Below are positions 9,901 to 19,379 of a DNA stretch of 64,000 bases, in pieces (within the stretch, counting starts at the first letter, position 1; each line of letters begins with the position of its first letter). The position numbers and the translations under genes were made by a program. The notes below the pieces were generated by a model that was not told the origin of the DNA, made no database searches, and worked only from the letters and a program-made list of their open reading frames with translations. The DNA comes from Deinococcota bacterium (GTDB lineage Bacteria; Deinococcota; Deinococci; Deinococcales; Thermaceae), in contig JBGFRI010000003.1 of assembly GCA_041695225.1 (NCBI GenBank), forward strand, positions 1 to 64,000, given 5' to 3'.

Positions 9901-11842
9901 CGCTGCTGAGGCCGTCCAGCACCAGGTTCAGCGTACCGGCCTGGCGGGTGTAGTGTACCTCGATCCGCTGGGTCTGGCCGTGGGCCAGGGTGAAGCTGGC
10001 TGGGCTGGCTGCGGGCAGGTAGGTGAAGCCGCCGTGGGTGATGGGGTCGGCCTGCACGGTAAAGCTGCCGGTAGGTAGAGCATTGTTGGGGCCAGGGTTT
10101 AGCGGGATGCTGGTCCCGCCCCGTTGCAGCCGGATGGCAGGACTGGTCCCACCGGGCTGGCCGGAGATGGCTAGGTCCACGCTTCCCTCCTGGTGGGCGT
10201 AAACCACGGCTAAAGCATGGCGCTGGCCGGCCATCAGGTTCAGAGTGCGTGTGGCCGGACTGGGCAGGAAGGTGAATCCCCCAGCCTCTACCGCCTCAGC
10301 TCGGAACTCATACTGGCCGGGGGCCAGGCCGGTGATGCGCTGGCTGACCGGCAGGTTTTGCACAGAGCCGCCTGGCCCGTGCAGGCTGGCCCGGGCTGGA
10401 GTGCCCTGGGGCAGGCCGCTGACCTCGTACTCGAGCACCGCCGTGGCTCGGGCAAAGACTAGCCTGACCAGGCTGGTCTGGCCCGGGCGCACATCTACCT
10501 GCTGCTCCACCGCCTCGTAGCGGAAGTCGCCCCGGTTATAGCTGATAGGCTGCACCGTGTAGCGCTCAGGCGAGAGCTCCCACTCTCCCCCGGCCCGGCC
10601 AAAGCTGTGCAGGGCTGTAGCTCCGCGCAGAACCCGGCCTACCATCCCGTCGTGCTCGCTCACTACCTCTACCCGCAGCCGGCCCGTGACCGCCGTGTAG
10701 GTAACGGTGGCCTCGGCGGTCTGTCCGGCCACCACCGTGGCGGTAACCTCCTGGGCCCGCCAGGTGAAGCCGCCATAGCGTACCTCGCGGGGAGTAAGGG
10801 TATAGGCTCCTGGAGCCAGGTCGCGCAGGGTGGTGCTGGCGGTAATGGTGCGCTCAAAACCTGCGGGCCCGCGCACCACCACATCGCCGGTGGTTACCCC
10901 GGCAATGTTTATCCGCAGGTGGCCGCTGGCGTAACCGTAGGCTAAGGTCATGCTCTGGGTCTGGCCTGCGGCCAGACTGGTTGGAGAGCCCTCGATCCGG
11001 GCCGTACATACAAAATCGCCGCAGGGAATATCAGGTGCGGCCAAGGTGTAGGTTCCCGGTGCCAGGAAGGGAATCAAGACTGATTCGCGGACTACATGGT
11101 TGCCGCCGGGTCCGGTCAGGACTGCATTTACTGCTGCACCAGCCGGCGCACTTACCGTAATGTGGATAGCCCCGTCAATAGCCTGGTAACGCACCACGGC
11201 CCGCACTCCCTGGCCCGGGCCGAGATCAATCCCCACTGCCGGCTGAGCCTCATAAGTAAACCGCTCACCCCGAATGCCCACTGGGACTATGCTGTAGCTG
11301 CCAGAAGGGAGTCTTTCCAGCCGGGTTAGCCCCCAGCGCTGAACCTGATGGTTGACCTGGCCGTTAGTTACCAGGATATTTGGATTAGGCTGGGCCGGAC
11401 CTTCGGCCAGTATCTCCAGCACACCCTGGCCGACCTGTACCTGTCCTGGTGGTCTGCTACCCACCCCGGCAATCGGTGCTGGACCCTGGGTACGTCCTTC
11501 AATACAACCATCTGCCCAGCAGACCTGCAGAACATAGTCGCGCAGCCCGGAAGGCTTATCCGAGGCCCGCACCTCCGCCCGGTAGCCGGTGGCATCCCGG
11601 CCTAAAAAACTTGTTAGCACCACTGCATCCAGCTCACGCACAGTTCCAGCGGGTACTACCTGGGGATTCCCCCGCTGAGCCTCGCTGCCCAGCCGGGCCA
11701 GGATCTGGGCCGCCTCGGTCTGGTGCTGGCCCTGGACTACCACCTCGCGGCTGCTCAAAGCAAGACTGCCGAGATAGGCGCCTACCAGTACGAGAATACC
11801 GGTAGCTACCAGAACCTCCACCAGAGTAAAACCGCGCTTCAT
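6962..11842 (-). CDS. Giant (1626 aa) type IV pilin-adhesin with many tandem Ig-like repeats
   Basis: KRG|FTLVEVLVA class III signal; ~85-aa repeats with G.L.V.V.G, L.PG.Y and V.AGQT motifs. Confidence 0.85.
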   Translation of the reverse strand: MKRGFTLVEVLVATGILVLVGAYLGSLALSSREVVVQGQHQTEAAQILARLGSEAQRGNPQVVPAGTVRELDAVVLTSFLGRDATGYRAEVRASDKPSGLRDYVLQVCWADGCIEGRTQGPAPIAGVGSRPPGQVQVGQGVLEILAEGPAQPNPNILVTNGQVNHQVQRWGLTRLERLPSGSYSIVPVGIRGERFTYEAQPAVGIDLGPGQGVRAVVRYQAIDGAIHITVSAPAGAAVNAVLTGPGGNHVVRESVLIPFLAPGTYTLAAPDIPCGDFVCTARIEGSPTSLAAGQTQSMTLAYGYASGHLRINIAGVTTGDVVVRGPAGFERTITASTTLRDLAPGAYTLTPREVRYGGFTWRAQEVTATVVAGQTAEATVTYTAVTGRLRVEVVSEHDGMVGRVLRGATALHSFGRAGGEWELSPERYTVQPISYNRGDFRYEAVEQQVDVRPGQTSLVRLVFARATAVLEYEVSGLPQGTPARASLHGPGGSVQNLPVSQRITGLAPGQYEFRAEAVEAGGFTFLPSPATRTLNLMAGQRHALAVVYAHQEGSVDLAISGQPGGTSPAIRLQRGGTSIPLNPGPNNALPTGSFTVQADPITHGGFTYLPAASPASFTLAHGQTQRIEVHYTRQAGTLNLVLDGLSSAPMRLSGPMNKTLSTGGSYSLLPGDYVLSADPVDQGGFRYTPTITGGSFSLAVGQTHTATVRYTRSTARLEVRVTGVEGPTPMTLSGPTSRTLDSSTILDFLAPGAYTLTPHDVTRDRPTPVGTGRFTYRAAPVSLSLAAGETGLAEVRYVRQQAGLNVAVTGLPTGATASLRLVGSGLDHRFTGGSLSPLPTGSYTLTPEPVRHGSYTFRATAQSFTLAHGENRSLSVAYAPATGALRVNLSGPEGMPAPSARVWLGGSLVATVGPGTLLEDILPGEYRIEPLTVRDAAGFDYLAPEQRVTVVAGQTATASAVYVKQSGFVELRVTGAPPVPYSLALRGPRDYTFTAPGRFEIVSGSYTATASNLNHGGFVYRATVNPGSFSLAPGQTIVVELVYTRVAGNFRFNVSGLPGNTQAPFSLAGPSNHSGTLGNGVTTTPYLLPGNYTLSTPDFAANGFTWRASGNAGHYSLAEGQTVAVNLSYAAITGRVQVNVLGVPAGATPALRIVQGGAVLHNFSGTAGFELAPGGYAVQADNISHDGMTWVPSGQAGFTVTAGQVTTLTVTYTATTGRLRAITTGLPFAPGYGITGPQGLHVSQADQTFDNLAPGEYTAHPNNRYRYAGHGIQYRYLPGRDLAGNSSYTLSTRDGFPTGWNWTPVGANTPVGVFACIDNRAAHPAQVGFMEGPFPGGTANHQWEWRGSGWPGGLWVYPGQSRCISTVVHTSNRSDLRLVPWVQINGPHGNVGGSATFSQIRVAPLHSTFRATVTAGQLANLHVHYASTGSAILQINAAPGVPVDVTFNGVHFTSPGRHVVNFLWPGNHTIQARATQRHGITFTPQGPSAVQVQSGQASEAVITYVPEHRAVLNLNIRREHYHVHWRFVNTLPPTTALLRNGAWVWEGGLGQHNNINLMPTNNYSLNRHVDQRHYIGTECIRWFWWWCTQRQSFYWQVHSITGLPLTAQAGEVYTGELVWRPYSRVW

Positions 11843-12285
11843 GGATGCGCTCCAAGTTCACCCCAGGGGCTTATCTGAAAGGTGTGGCTTCGCCTATCCT
11901 GGATCAGTTGAAAGGTTCGTTCCCCCTCCACCCGGCCACTGGGCCGCCAGGTCAGAAAGGTTCCGCTGGTAAGATTGCCTGCGTGCAGCTGGCCTTGCAA
12001 ACGTACCTGCAGATGAGGAGCAACCACCCGGCTACCCTGCAGGTGCAGGGCCTGACCTGCCTGGGCCAGATAGACCGTACTGCCACTGACTACCAGCTCT
12101 ACCGGCCGGCCAGAGCTGCGGGCAAACTGACTGCCAGTACGTAGCAGGCCCTCCAGGTCGGCCACCTGCGCCCGCCAGGCTGAGGCCTGGCGATGCTGGA
12201 CGATACTGTAGGCGCCTATGGATAACAGTATTCCGATGATGGCCAGCACCACCAGCATCTCTATCAATGTCAACCCTTTCTGCAC
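11839..12285 (-). CDS. FimT/GspH-like minor pilin
   Basis: QKG|LTLIEMLVVLAIIGIL; C-terminal ISPWGE; GGAGG SD before GTG. Confidence 0.85.
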   Translation of the reverse strand: MQKGLTLIEMLVVLAIIGILLSIGAYSIVQHRQASAWRAQVADLEGLLRTGSQFARSSGRPVELVVSGSTVYLAQAGQALHLQGSRVVAPHLQVRLQGQLHAGNLTSGTFLTWRPSGRVEGERTFQLIQDRRSHTFQISPWGELGAHP

Positions 12286-12415
12286 GGCGCCCTCCAACAG
12301 AACATACCCTATCCTAATTCAATATATCAAACAATTTACCAGCATGGGCGTAACGGAGCATTCTGGCCCTCTCATACAGGTCGGACAACCTGCTATATTC
12401 CCGTATGATGTCCTG

Positions 12416-13750
12416 ATGGAAGGCCGCCTACCACCCTATAATCTGGATGCCGAAGCCAGCCTGCTAGGCTCTGTCCTGCTGGATAGCACAGTGTACGAGA
12501 GCCTGGAGGGGCTAATCGCTCCAGAGGCTTTCTACAAGGAGGCCCATCGCCGAATCTGGGAGGCTATGGCCCGGCTGCGAGACCGCCGTGAGCCAGTAGA
12601 CCTGGTAACGCTCTCCGAGCAGCTGCGCCGAGCCGGGGAGCTGGAAAAAATCGGTGGACTGTCCTACCTGGTAGCCCTGTCCGAGGCCACCCCCTCTGCC
12701 ACTCATGCCGACCATTACAGCCGTATCGTGGCCGAAAAATGGGCCCTGCGCAGGCTAATTACAGCCGCAGGCGAGGCTATCAGGATGGCCCAGAATCAGG
12801 AGGGCAGCCTCGAGGAGATTCTCGATACCGCCGGACGCAAGGTGCTCGAGGTCTCCACCCAGGGGGCCCGGGTCGAGTTCCAGCAGATACGCGAGCTGGT
12901 GCATGAGACCTTTGGGCAGATTCAGCAGGCCGTTGACAACAAAGGGCAGCCGGCCGGAATCAAAACCGGATTCCGCGAGCTGGACGGCATGATCGGCGGC
13001 CTGACTCCAGGCTCGCTCAACATCATTGCCGCCCGGCCCAGCATGGGGAAAACTGCCTGGGCCCTAACCATCGCTCAGAATGCAGCCTTGCGAGATGGTG
13101 TGCCGGTAGCAATCTTCTCGCTAGAAATGCCCGCCGTACAACTCACCACCCGGATGCTCTGCTCGGAGGCCCGGGTAGACATGAACCGCCTGCGCCAGGG
13201 CCAGCTCACCAGTAATGACTTCTCCCGGATGGTAGAGGTAGCTGGCCGCATCTCTGAGGCCGCCATCCTGATTGACGATACCTCCGACCTGACCCTAATG
13301 GAGCTACGGGCCCGCGCCCGCCGCCTCCAGGCTCAGCACAGACTGGGCCTGATCGTGATTGACTACCTCCAGTTGATGTCCGGCTCCAGCAACGGTAAAA
13401 ACAGCGGTGAAAACCGCCAGCAAGAAATTGCCCAGATTTCCCGTGGCCTGAAGGGGCTGGCCCGTGAACTCGAGGTGCCCGTAATCGCACTCTCGCAGCT
13501 CTCACGGGCGGTAGAGTCCCGACCTAACAAACGCCCGATGCTGTCAGACCTGAGGGAAAGCGGTTCCCTGGAGCAGGACGCGGATCTGGTCATGTTCATC
13601 TACCGAGACGACTACTACAATCCCCACTCCGAGAAGGCTGGGATTGCTGAGATTATTGTAGGTAAGCAGCGCAATGGGCCTATTGGTGCGGTGGAGGTAC
13701 AGTTCCACGCCCAGCACGTGCGTTTCAATGAGCTGGCCAGGGACTTGTAG
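12416..13750 (+). CDS. dnaB: Replicative DNA helicase
   Basis: ARPSMGKT Walker A, FSLEM, IDYLQL, LSQLSR, RPMLSDLRESGSLEQDAD, KQRNGP; start re-called at MEGRLPP (TATGAT-N6-ATG, leaderless). Confidence 0.97.
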   Translation: MEGRLPPYNLDAEASLLGSVLLDSTVYESLEGLIAPEAFYKEAHRRIWEAMARLRDRREPVDLVTLSEQLRRAGELEKIGGLSYLVALSEATPSATHADHYSRIVAEKWALRRLITAAGEAIRMAQNQEGSLEEILDTAGRKVLEVSTQGARVEFQQIRELVHETFGQIQQAVDNKGQPAGIKTGFRELDGMIGGLTPGSLNIIAARPSMGKTAWALTIAQNAALRDGVPVAIFSLEMPAVQLTTRMLCSEARVDMNRLRQGQLTSNDFSRMVEVAGRISEAAILIDDTSDLTLMELRARARRLQAQHRLGLIVIDYLQLMSGSSNGKNSGENRQQEIAQISRGLKGLARELEVPVIALSQLSRAVESRPNKRPMLSDLRESGSLEQDADLVMFIYRDDYYNPHSEKAGIAEIIVGKQRNGPIGAVEVQFHAQHVRFNELARDL

Positions 13751-13808
13751 CTCTCTGCTACGGGCCATCAGGAGCATTAATCTAAGAAACCCGGCCGTAC
13801 CGGCACAG

Positions 13809-13841
13809 TCTTACACCCACGGCCACCGTATGGGTGTAAGA
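13809..13841. repeat. Palindrome TCTTACACCCA-N11-TGGGTGTAAGA, copy 1
   Basis: Perfect 11-bp arms; identical arms and spacing at 47867-47899. Confidence 0.85.
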
Positions 13842-13870
13842 CGTACCCGCTACACCAGTGCTTCCAAAGA

Positions 13871-14347
13871 TTAATTGCGTTGACCATTTATAAAATGCCG
13901 ATCCAGCCCGTTCACCCAGGTATGCACCAGGAAGCGCCTGCCCACCCGTTCAGCCAGACACCCAATCTGCGGATTAGCCTCTCCCCAGCTCTGCGAGCCG
14001 CTCTCCATCCCGGCGCGGCTCAGGGTCGCAGCCCTGCGGCAATCAAACCCGCGCAAACCCACCACGCTAGCCGGTGCGCCGGTAGTGCTGCCGGCCGGCA
14101 AGGCCGCAGTCCAGTCATCCAGGTTGAGATCAATGTTCCGAATCAGGAAAGCGTTGATGCCCATGCTAACCTCACTGCCGTGAGAAGCGGCCTGGCTGTA
14201 CAACCCTTGCTGCCGAGCCCCGCCAAAACCCCACATCAGCACTCCTATCAGAATGCCAATAATAGCCAGTACGAGCAGCACCTCCAGCAGGGTCAGGCCA
14301 GCATGACGAACCTGCAGACGGCTTGTGCGGTTACGCAAATGACACAT
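13871..14347 (-). CDS. Type IV pilin (candidate major pilin)
   Basis: HAG|LTLLEVLLVLAIIGILIG class III signal; two C-terminal Cys. Confidence 0.85.
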   Translation of the reverse strand: MCHLRNRTSRLQVRHAGLTLLEVLLVLAIIGILIGVLMWGFGGARQQGLYSQAASHGSEVSMGINAFLIRNIDLNLDDWTAALPAGSTTGAPASVVGLRGFDCRRAATLSRAGMESGSQSWGEANPQIGCLAERVGRRFLVHTWVNGLDRHFINGQRN

Positions 14348-14386
14348 ATCTATATATTACTTCCTGACAGGCCTTCTGCCCAGGCA

Positions 14387-14718
14387 CTTTACAAAAGTCG
14401 GTTTACCGCTGCGAAAAGTATGCGAACGATTAACTTTACATGCGAACGATTCAGCTTACCATGCAAAAAAACTCATCTGTTACAGGGTTTCTTCACTTTT
14501 AGCGGCTTAATTTAGAGGCGAAAGTGTTCAGTATATCGTTCGCAATGTTCATTTGGGGAAACAAGAAAGACTCAGAAGCAAGCGCCTGGTTTTGCATGAA
14601 CAACGTCTGGGGCTGTGTTTTCACCCCAGACGTGCCAGAAGCTTTGCGAAAAGTAGGTTTACCGTTGCGAAAAGTATGCGAACGATTAACCTTACCTGCG
14701 AACGATTGACCTTGACCT
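14387..14718. repeat. Duplicated ~70-bp block of TGCGAA(AAGT/CGAT) boxes
   Basis: gtttaccg.tgcgaaaagtatgcgaacgattaac.ttac.tgcgaacgatt at ~14401 and ~14657; inverted ATCGTTCGCA at ~14535. Confidence 0.85.
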
Positions 14719-14727
14719 CGACACGAA

Positions 14728-15930
14728 TTAATTGCCCAGGGCCCCAATCATGTTGAAGAGCGGCAAGAAGAGGCCCGCCACAATCATACCAACCATACCC
14801 CCCAGGAGGATCATGGAGGCGGGCTCAATAATCTTGGGCAGGGCCCGGGCCCGCAGGCTGGACTCCTTCTCGTGGTCTTCCGCAATGTAGTTCATCATCT
14901 CGGGCAGGCGCGAACTCTGCTCCCCCACCATGATTTGCTGCAAGGCCGCTGCCGTAAAATACTCCTGCTGAGCACGGAATGCGTCAGCCACGCCCCGGGC
15001 CTTTACCCCGATCTGCTCACGGATCTGGCTGAACACCCGATCATAGACTGCATTCCCGGTGGATTGGCAGATGGTATTTAGGGCTTCCAGGATGGGAATA
15101 CCCCCGGCTAGCATCATGGCCATGGTGCGCATGGCTTTGGAGATAGCCCGGTCACGCAGCAGATCACCCATTACCGGAATACGCAACAACAAGCCATCAA
15201 CCTTCAGCCGCCCCTCTGGCCGGGCATAATAAGAGCGAAAAGCCAGAAAACCCAGCACCAGGACTACCGGAATCATAAAACCCAGGCGCTGTAAGAAGGA
15301 ACTGATCCCAATCAGGATCTGCGTCAGCAAGGGCAGCTCTCCACCCAGACCAAGCAGGGTTTGGGCGAATCCGGGCACCAGGCTGGTAAACAGAAAATAG
15401 GTGATACCAAGGCCGATCACCATAACTATGATCGGGTAGGTGACCGCACCCCTGATCTCATCGGCCAGGTCCGCCTCGCGCTCGAGGAAAGCGGCCAACT
15501 GACGCATTACCGAGGCCATGTTACCAATCTTCTCGCCTGAAAGCACCAAGCCGGCATAAGGCTTTAGAAAAGGCTGTTTGAGCGCAGCTTCATAAAGCGA
15601 GCTGCCCGCCCCCACATCCTGAGCCATGGCCGCAATGTCCCGCTTGAGCCTGGGACTCTTGATGTCCCTGGCCAGCACCTCAAGGATGTCATGGGGCCGG
15701 ATGCTGGACTCGGCCAGGATCGCGAACAGACGGGCAAAGCGAGCTATATCACGGGTCTTATAACCTCTGGTAAGCGGGGCGATCCGCCTGTCGGCCTTCT
15801 CCTCTTCAATCTCCAGCGGCACCATCCCACGAGCTTTAAGCTGGTCTATCACCAGGGCCCGGCTGGAAGCCTCTATGGTGCCGGTGCGGGCCTCTCCCCT
15901 TTCCAGGGCCATATAGCGGTACGATGGCAT
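14728..15930 (-). CDS. pilC: Type IV pilus platform protein (GspF/PilC)
   Basis: MPSYRY.A..G....GTIEA, GEKIGN, AVTYP, LP.LT, LRIPVMG, GEQSSRL, IEP, LFLPLF. Confidence 0.92.
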   Translation of the reverse strand: MPSYRYMALERGEARTGTIEASSRALVIDQLKARGMVPLEIEEEKADRRIAPLTRGYKTRDIARFARLFAILAESSIRPHDILEVLARDIKSPRLKRDIAAMAQDVGAGSSLYEAALKQPFLKPYAGLVLSGEKIGNMASVMRQLAAFLEREADLADEIRGAVTYPIIVMVIGLGITYFLFTSLVPGFAQTLLGLGGELPLLTQILIGISSFLQRLGFMIPVVLVLGFLAFRSYYARPEGRLKVDGLLLRIPVMGDLLRDRAISKAMRTMAMMLAGGIPILEALNTICQSTGNAVYDRVFSQIREQIGVKARGVADAFRAQQEYFTAAALQQIMVGEQSSRLPEMMNYIAEDHEKESSLRARALPKIIEPASMILLGGMVGMIVAGLFLPLFNMIGALGN

Positions 15931-16778
15931 TAGTGCAGCCTCCACTCCTTTGTCAGAGTATGACCATCCAGCACCCATTCCAGCCGTAACCGCTCGCCGG
16001 CCAGGGACCCCAGCGCAATCCAGCCATACTCAGCCTGGCCTGGTTCAAGGAGGCCTGGCTTCCGTCCGGTGGTGCGCCGGGTCAAACGTCCACTAATAAT
16101 CTCTCCATCCAGGTACAGCCGGATACCACTGGGAGGTGTAGCGATCTTAGCTCGTGCTAGCAGACTGTAGGCTATCTGCACTCCCCGTTCGCTCTGACGC
16201 AAAAAGAAGTGCGCAATTAGTGGATTCCTCATCACTCCGTGGGCAGGTCTAGTCCTGGCAGATACCGATGGTGCAACAGTTTCCGCCACAACAGGCGGTG
16301 CGGGTGCGGGTGCGGGTGCGGGTGCGGGTGCGGGTGCGGGTGCGGGTGCGGGGGTTGGGGTTGGGGTTGGGGTTGGGGTTGGGGTTGGGGCTATCTTACC
16401 AGCCTCCACCTTTTCCGCTTTCCCGGATGGCTGGACTGGCAGCGGCGCTTGTGTAGCCGGAGGACCTGCAACTACCGGTGTCTGGGGCCAGCCACTACCT
16501 AGCCGAATCAAAACGCTCGTCTTTCCCAGGGCTGGCTCAACCCGGTACGGCACCTCGAGCACTCCCATCGGTAGGCGCAGGCTAAATACCCCCGGGCCCC
16601 CAGGCCGACTCACACAAACCGGATCCCCCAGGAGCTGCCCCTGGTGCATAACCCGTAGGCAGGTATACGCCCCAAAGGTTAGCGGCTGGAGCTGCCCATC
16701 CGAACTATGTACCACGCTCTCTGTCTGGGCCAGGCCCAGGGCCAGGCCCAGGGCCCCCAGAGCAATCCAGCGCCGCAT
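15930..16778 (-). CDS. Secreted protein with (PT)n(PA)n linker
   Basis: Signal peptide; hexanucleotide runs (GGTGCG)9 and (GGGGTT)6 at 16297-16386. Confidence 0.7.
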   Translation of the reverse strand: MRRWIALGALGLALGLAQTESVVHSSDGQLQPLTFGAYTCLRVMHQGQLLGDPVCVSRPGGPGVFSLRLPMGVLEVPYRVEPALGKTSVLIRLGSGWPQTPVVAGPPATQAPLPVQPSGKAEKVEAGKIAPTPTPTPTPTPTPAPAPAPAPAPAPAPAPAPPVVAETVAPSVSARTRPAHGVMRNPLIAHFFLRQSERGVQIAYSLLARAKIATPPSGIRLYLDGEIISGRLTRRTTGRKPGLLEPGQAEYGWIALGSLAGERLRLEWVLDGHTLTKEWRLH

Positions 16779-17413
16779 TACCGTACCTCCGCATAAGCAA
16801 CACTGACTGCTGCGAAAGCCCCGGCCTCTACCGCCACCACTACTGTTTCCGGAGTCGGATTATGGGTACGCCCGTCAACCACCACCGGCTTAAAACGCAC
16901 CTGGTAGCTGCCAGGGGCCAGACCTATCGGCTCAGCCGGGTTGAAGGGCACCTCCACCCCGGCTACACTCCGAACATACAATCGAGGTAGGCTACCAAAA
17001 GGCAGCCCGGTAGCGTTTACCCGCAAGCTGCCCGTAGTGGCACGATAGCTCCCAGCCAGCCTCAGGGTACGCTTATCAGTATCACGCACCTGGAAGTCTA
17101 TGCTGTTAGCACGAGTTACGTTGCCATTGGCGTTGGTAAAGGCCAGCATCCCCTGGTAGTGGATGGGGCCGATGCTCAACGGACTCAGGGTGGCAGTATA
17201 GCTGCCAGGCCAGATGGTAACGGTGGCAGTCAGGCCCTGGCCATTATCGGTATAGACCTGGTTCAGGCCACTGCCACTGATGCTCAGACTGACCTCTCCC
17301 CCCGCCGGAGCCCGCAGTTCCACCCGCATCTCCAGGGGAGGAGTAAGCGCCCGCTCCAGATCACCGCAGGCCGCCAGAGCCACAGTTAACAGCAGCACCA
17401 GAGCGATCTTCAC
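16778..17413 (-). CDS. Lipoprotein with Ig-like repeats
   Basis: LAAC lipobox; GSLRVNATGLP...LAPGSY repeat resembles the adhesin repeats. Confidence 0.75.
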   Translation of the reverse strand: MKIALVLLLTVALAACGDLERALTPPLEMRVELRAPAGGEVSLSISGSGLNQVYTDNGQGLTATVTIWPGSYTATLSPLSIGPIHYQGMLAFTNANGNVTRANSIDFQVRDTDKRTLRLAGSYRATTGSLRVNATGLPFGSLPRLYVRSVAGVEVPFNPAEPIGLAPGSYQVRFKPVVVDGRTHNPTPETVVVAVEAGAFAAVSVAYAEVR

Positions 17414-19377
17414 GGCCCGCCTCCGACGTTAACATCCCGCTCAAAACCAGTGGGGGGAACAGGTGGAGGCGGTGGGGTGCGCACCGGCGTGGCAGTGGTC
17501 GGGGCAGGTGGCTGGACTGGCTGCCCTACTACCGGTGCAGCAGGCCGAACCAGCACCGGCTGCGGGATCCGGCTCACGGCGGTAATCACGATCAGCAGAT
17601 GATTCTGGTGATAGCTTCTGATGGTCTGGGAAAACAGGGCCCCGATCAAGGGAATATCCATCAGAATCGGCACCCCGGACCGAGTTTCCTGCTCGTCTAC
17701 TGAGATAATCCCACCCAGCACCGCGCTGTTACCCGATTTCAGCAGCACATTGGAGGTAAGTTCTTGCTTGGGCACCATAATAGAGCCAGCAGGCCCAACC
17801 GTAGGAGTACCACCCAGGTTGATGGTTACCCCTAACTGAATTTTCTCGCCCGGAATCACCGTGGGGGTTAGCTCAAGCTCCAGGCCGAACTCCACATTTT
17901 GCAGGCCAGCAGCATTGTTATTGGCATTGTTATTGTTGTTGGCATTGTTATTCAGCGGGATCAGCAGACTGCCCCCGGAGAGCAACTTAACCGCCTCGCC
18001 GGAGGAGACCGTAAACCGGCTATCAATAACCGAGCGTCCTTTGCCTGCGGTCTGCAAGGCCCGCAGAGTTGCATCCAGCCTCAGCTGGCCGGTCCGCCCC
18101 ACTTCCAAGCCCAGCCCAAACTGGCCGGCGCCGGGATCGGCGGTAAGGGACAGTGGGCCTAAAGCCGCCTCCAGAGCTGCGGCAATCTCCTTTCCATTGG
18201 CGCTACTGAGCTGTTCAACCCGCACATGCAGATCCACCTGGGGAATTGGCCGGTCCAGATCGGCCACCAGCTGCTCAATGGCCTGAATAGCTCTGGCTGG
18301 ACCTCGCATCAGTACCGTATTGGTGCGCTCATCAGCCGCCAGCCGCACCTCCCGGCTCTCCGGCAGCAACTTGCCTACCAGCTCAATTACCCGGGGAGCC
18401 CGGGCATACCCCAGGGGCAGGGTACGCTCCACCGGCCTTTCGGCACCCTCATCCCGGGGCTTCGCAGGAGGACGAGCAGCCAGCAACTCCTGCACAAAGC
18501 TCCGAACGGCATCTGCCTGGGCTGGCTCAACCTGTAGCATCACCACACGTAGCGGCTCCAGAAAGTTGACCTTAGCAGAGCTGAACCGCAGAGTCAGGGC
18601 CTGGGCCATAGCCTGACCCCCCTCCGGCGCTGGAAAGAGCAGGGTCTTCAACACCTTCTCAGCAGGTGGGGTTGGGGCGGGGGGTGAAACAGGGGCTGGC
18701 GGTGCTGGAACTGGCGGTGTTGGAGCTGGAGCCGCGGCTTCCCGCTCCTTCCTGGTCTTCTCACTCAGGTGGGCCAAAAGACCTGCTACTACTCCATGGT
18801 CGTCATCAGTAGCCTGCACCACCAGGGCCCGAGGAGTGCTCAGGGCATGAACCCGGGCCTGGGGCAGCAGACTTGAGAGCAGGTTGGCCAGCACCATAGG
18901 GTCATCTACCGGATAGACCTGTACGCGCTGGGGAGGCGGTGATAAGGGCGGGGGCGACGGAGGCTCAACTACTGGCGGGGCCGGGGCCGGTGTTGGAAGT
19001 GGAGCAGGTGGGGCCGGTGGCGCAGGCATCCGGGCCCGGGCAAAAGCCTCAATCTGGTCTCTCGGCGCAACCACGATCAGCCCACCGGGCAGCACCCGAT
19101 AGTCCAGTCCAGCCGCTGCACCCATAAACAGGCCTTTCCAGACCTGACGAAAGGGCTGCCCCTTTACATCCAGGGTGACACGCCGCTCAGCCTCGGGGGT
19201 CTGGGCAACCAGCACCGAGACCCCGGCGCTCCTGGCAATGATGCGAATAGCATCGCCCAGGGTGATGCCGGCCCGCACTTCGACGTTGATCCGGGTATCA
19301 AAAACCCGGTCAGGGGGCAGGCCGGGCGTTGCCCAGGCCAGCGAGAACATTACCAGAACAGCCAGTAAACGCTTCAT
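17410..19377 (-). CDS. pilQ: Secretin (PilQ/GspD family)
   Basis: ADERTNTVLMRG N domain, LD.PIPQV, C-terminal VLGGI...SGVPILMDIPLIGALF secretin motif; Pro-rich linkers. Confidence 0.9.
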   Translation of the reverse strand: MKRLLAVLVMFSLAWATPGLPPDRVFDTRINVEVRAGITLGDAIRIIARSAGVSVLVAQTPEAERRVTLDVKGQPFRQVWKGLFMGAAAGLDYRVLPGGLIVVAPRDQIEAFARARMPAPPAPPAPLPTPAPAPPVVEPPSPPPLSPPPQRVQVYPVDDPMVLANLLSSLLPQARVHALSTPRALVVQATDDDHGVVAGLLAHLSEKTRKEREAAAPAPTPPVPAPPAPVSPPAPTPPAEKVLKTLLFPAPEGGQAMAQALTLRFSSAKVNFLEPLRVVMLQVEPAQADAVRSFVQELLAARPPAKPRDEGAERPVERTLPLGYARAPRVIELVGKLLPESREVRLAADERTNTVLMRGPARAIQAIEQLVADLDRPIPQVDLHVRVEQLSSANGKEIAAALEAALGPLSLTADPGAGQFGLGLEVGRTGQLRLDATLRALQTAGKGRSVIDSRFTVSSGEAVKLLSGGSLLIPLNNNANNNNNANNNAAGLQNVEFGLELELTPTVIPGEKIQLGVTINLGGTPTVGPAGSIMVPKQELTSNVLLKSGNSAVLGGIISVDEQETRSGVPILMDIPLIGALFSQTIRSYHQNHLLIVITAVSRIPQPVLVRPAAPVVGQPVQPPAPTTATPVRTPPPPPVPPTGFERDVNVGGGP

Positions 19378-19379
19378 AA

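Noticed and set aside
7049..11805. Numerous long plus-strand ORFs across the pilus cluster
   Set aside because: Shadow frames of GC-rich minus-strand genes with no recognisable motifs.
12218..12415. 66-aa N-terminal extension of DnaB in the ORF track
   Set aside because: Overlaps the opposite-strand pilin; homology starts at MEGRLPP after a -10-like box.
16239..16502. ORFs with (CG)n(WG)n or (VR)n(LG)n repeats
   Set aside because: Antisense readings of the hexanucleotide PT/PA linker in 15930..16778.
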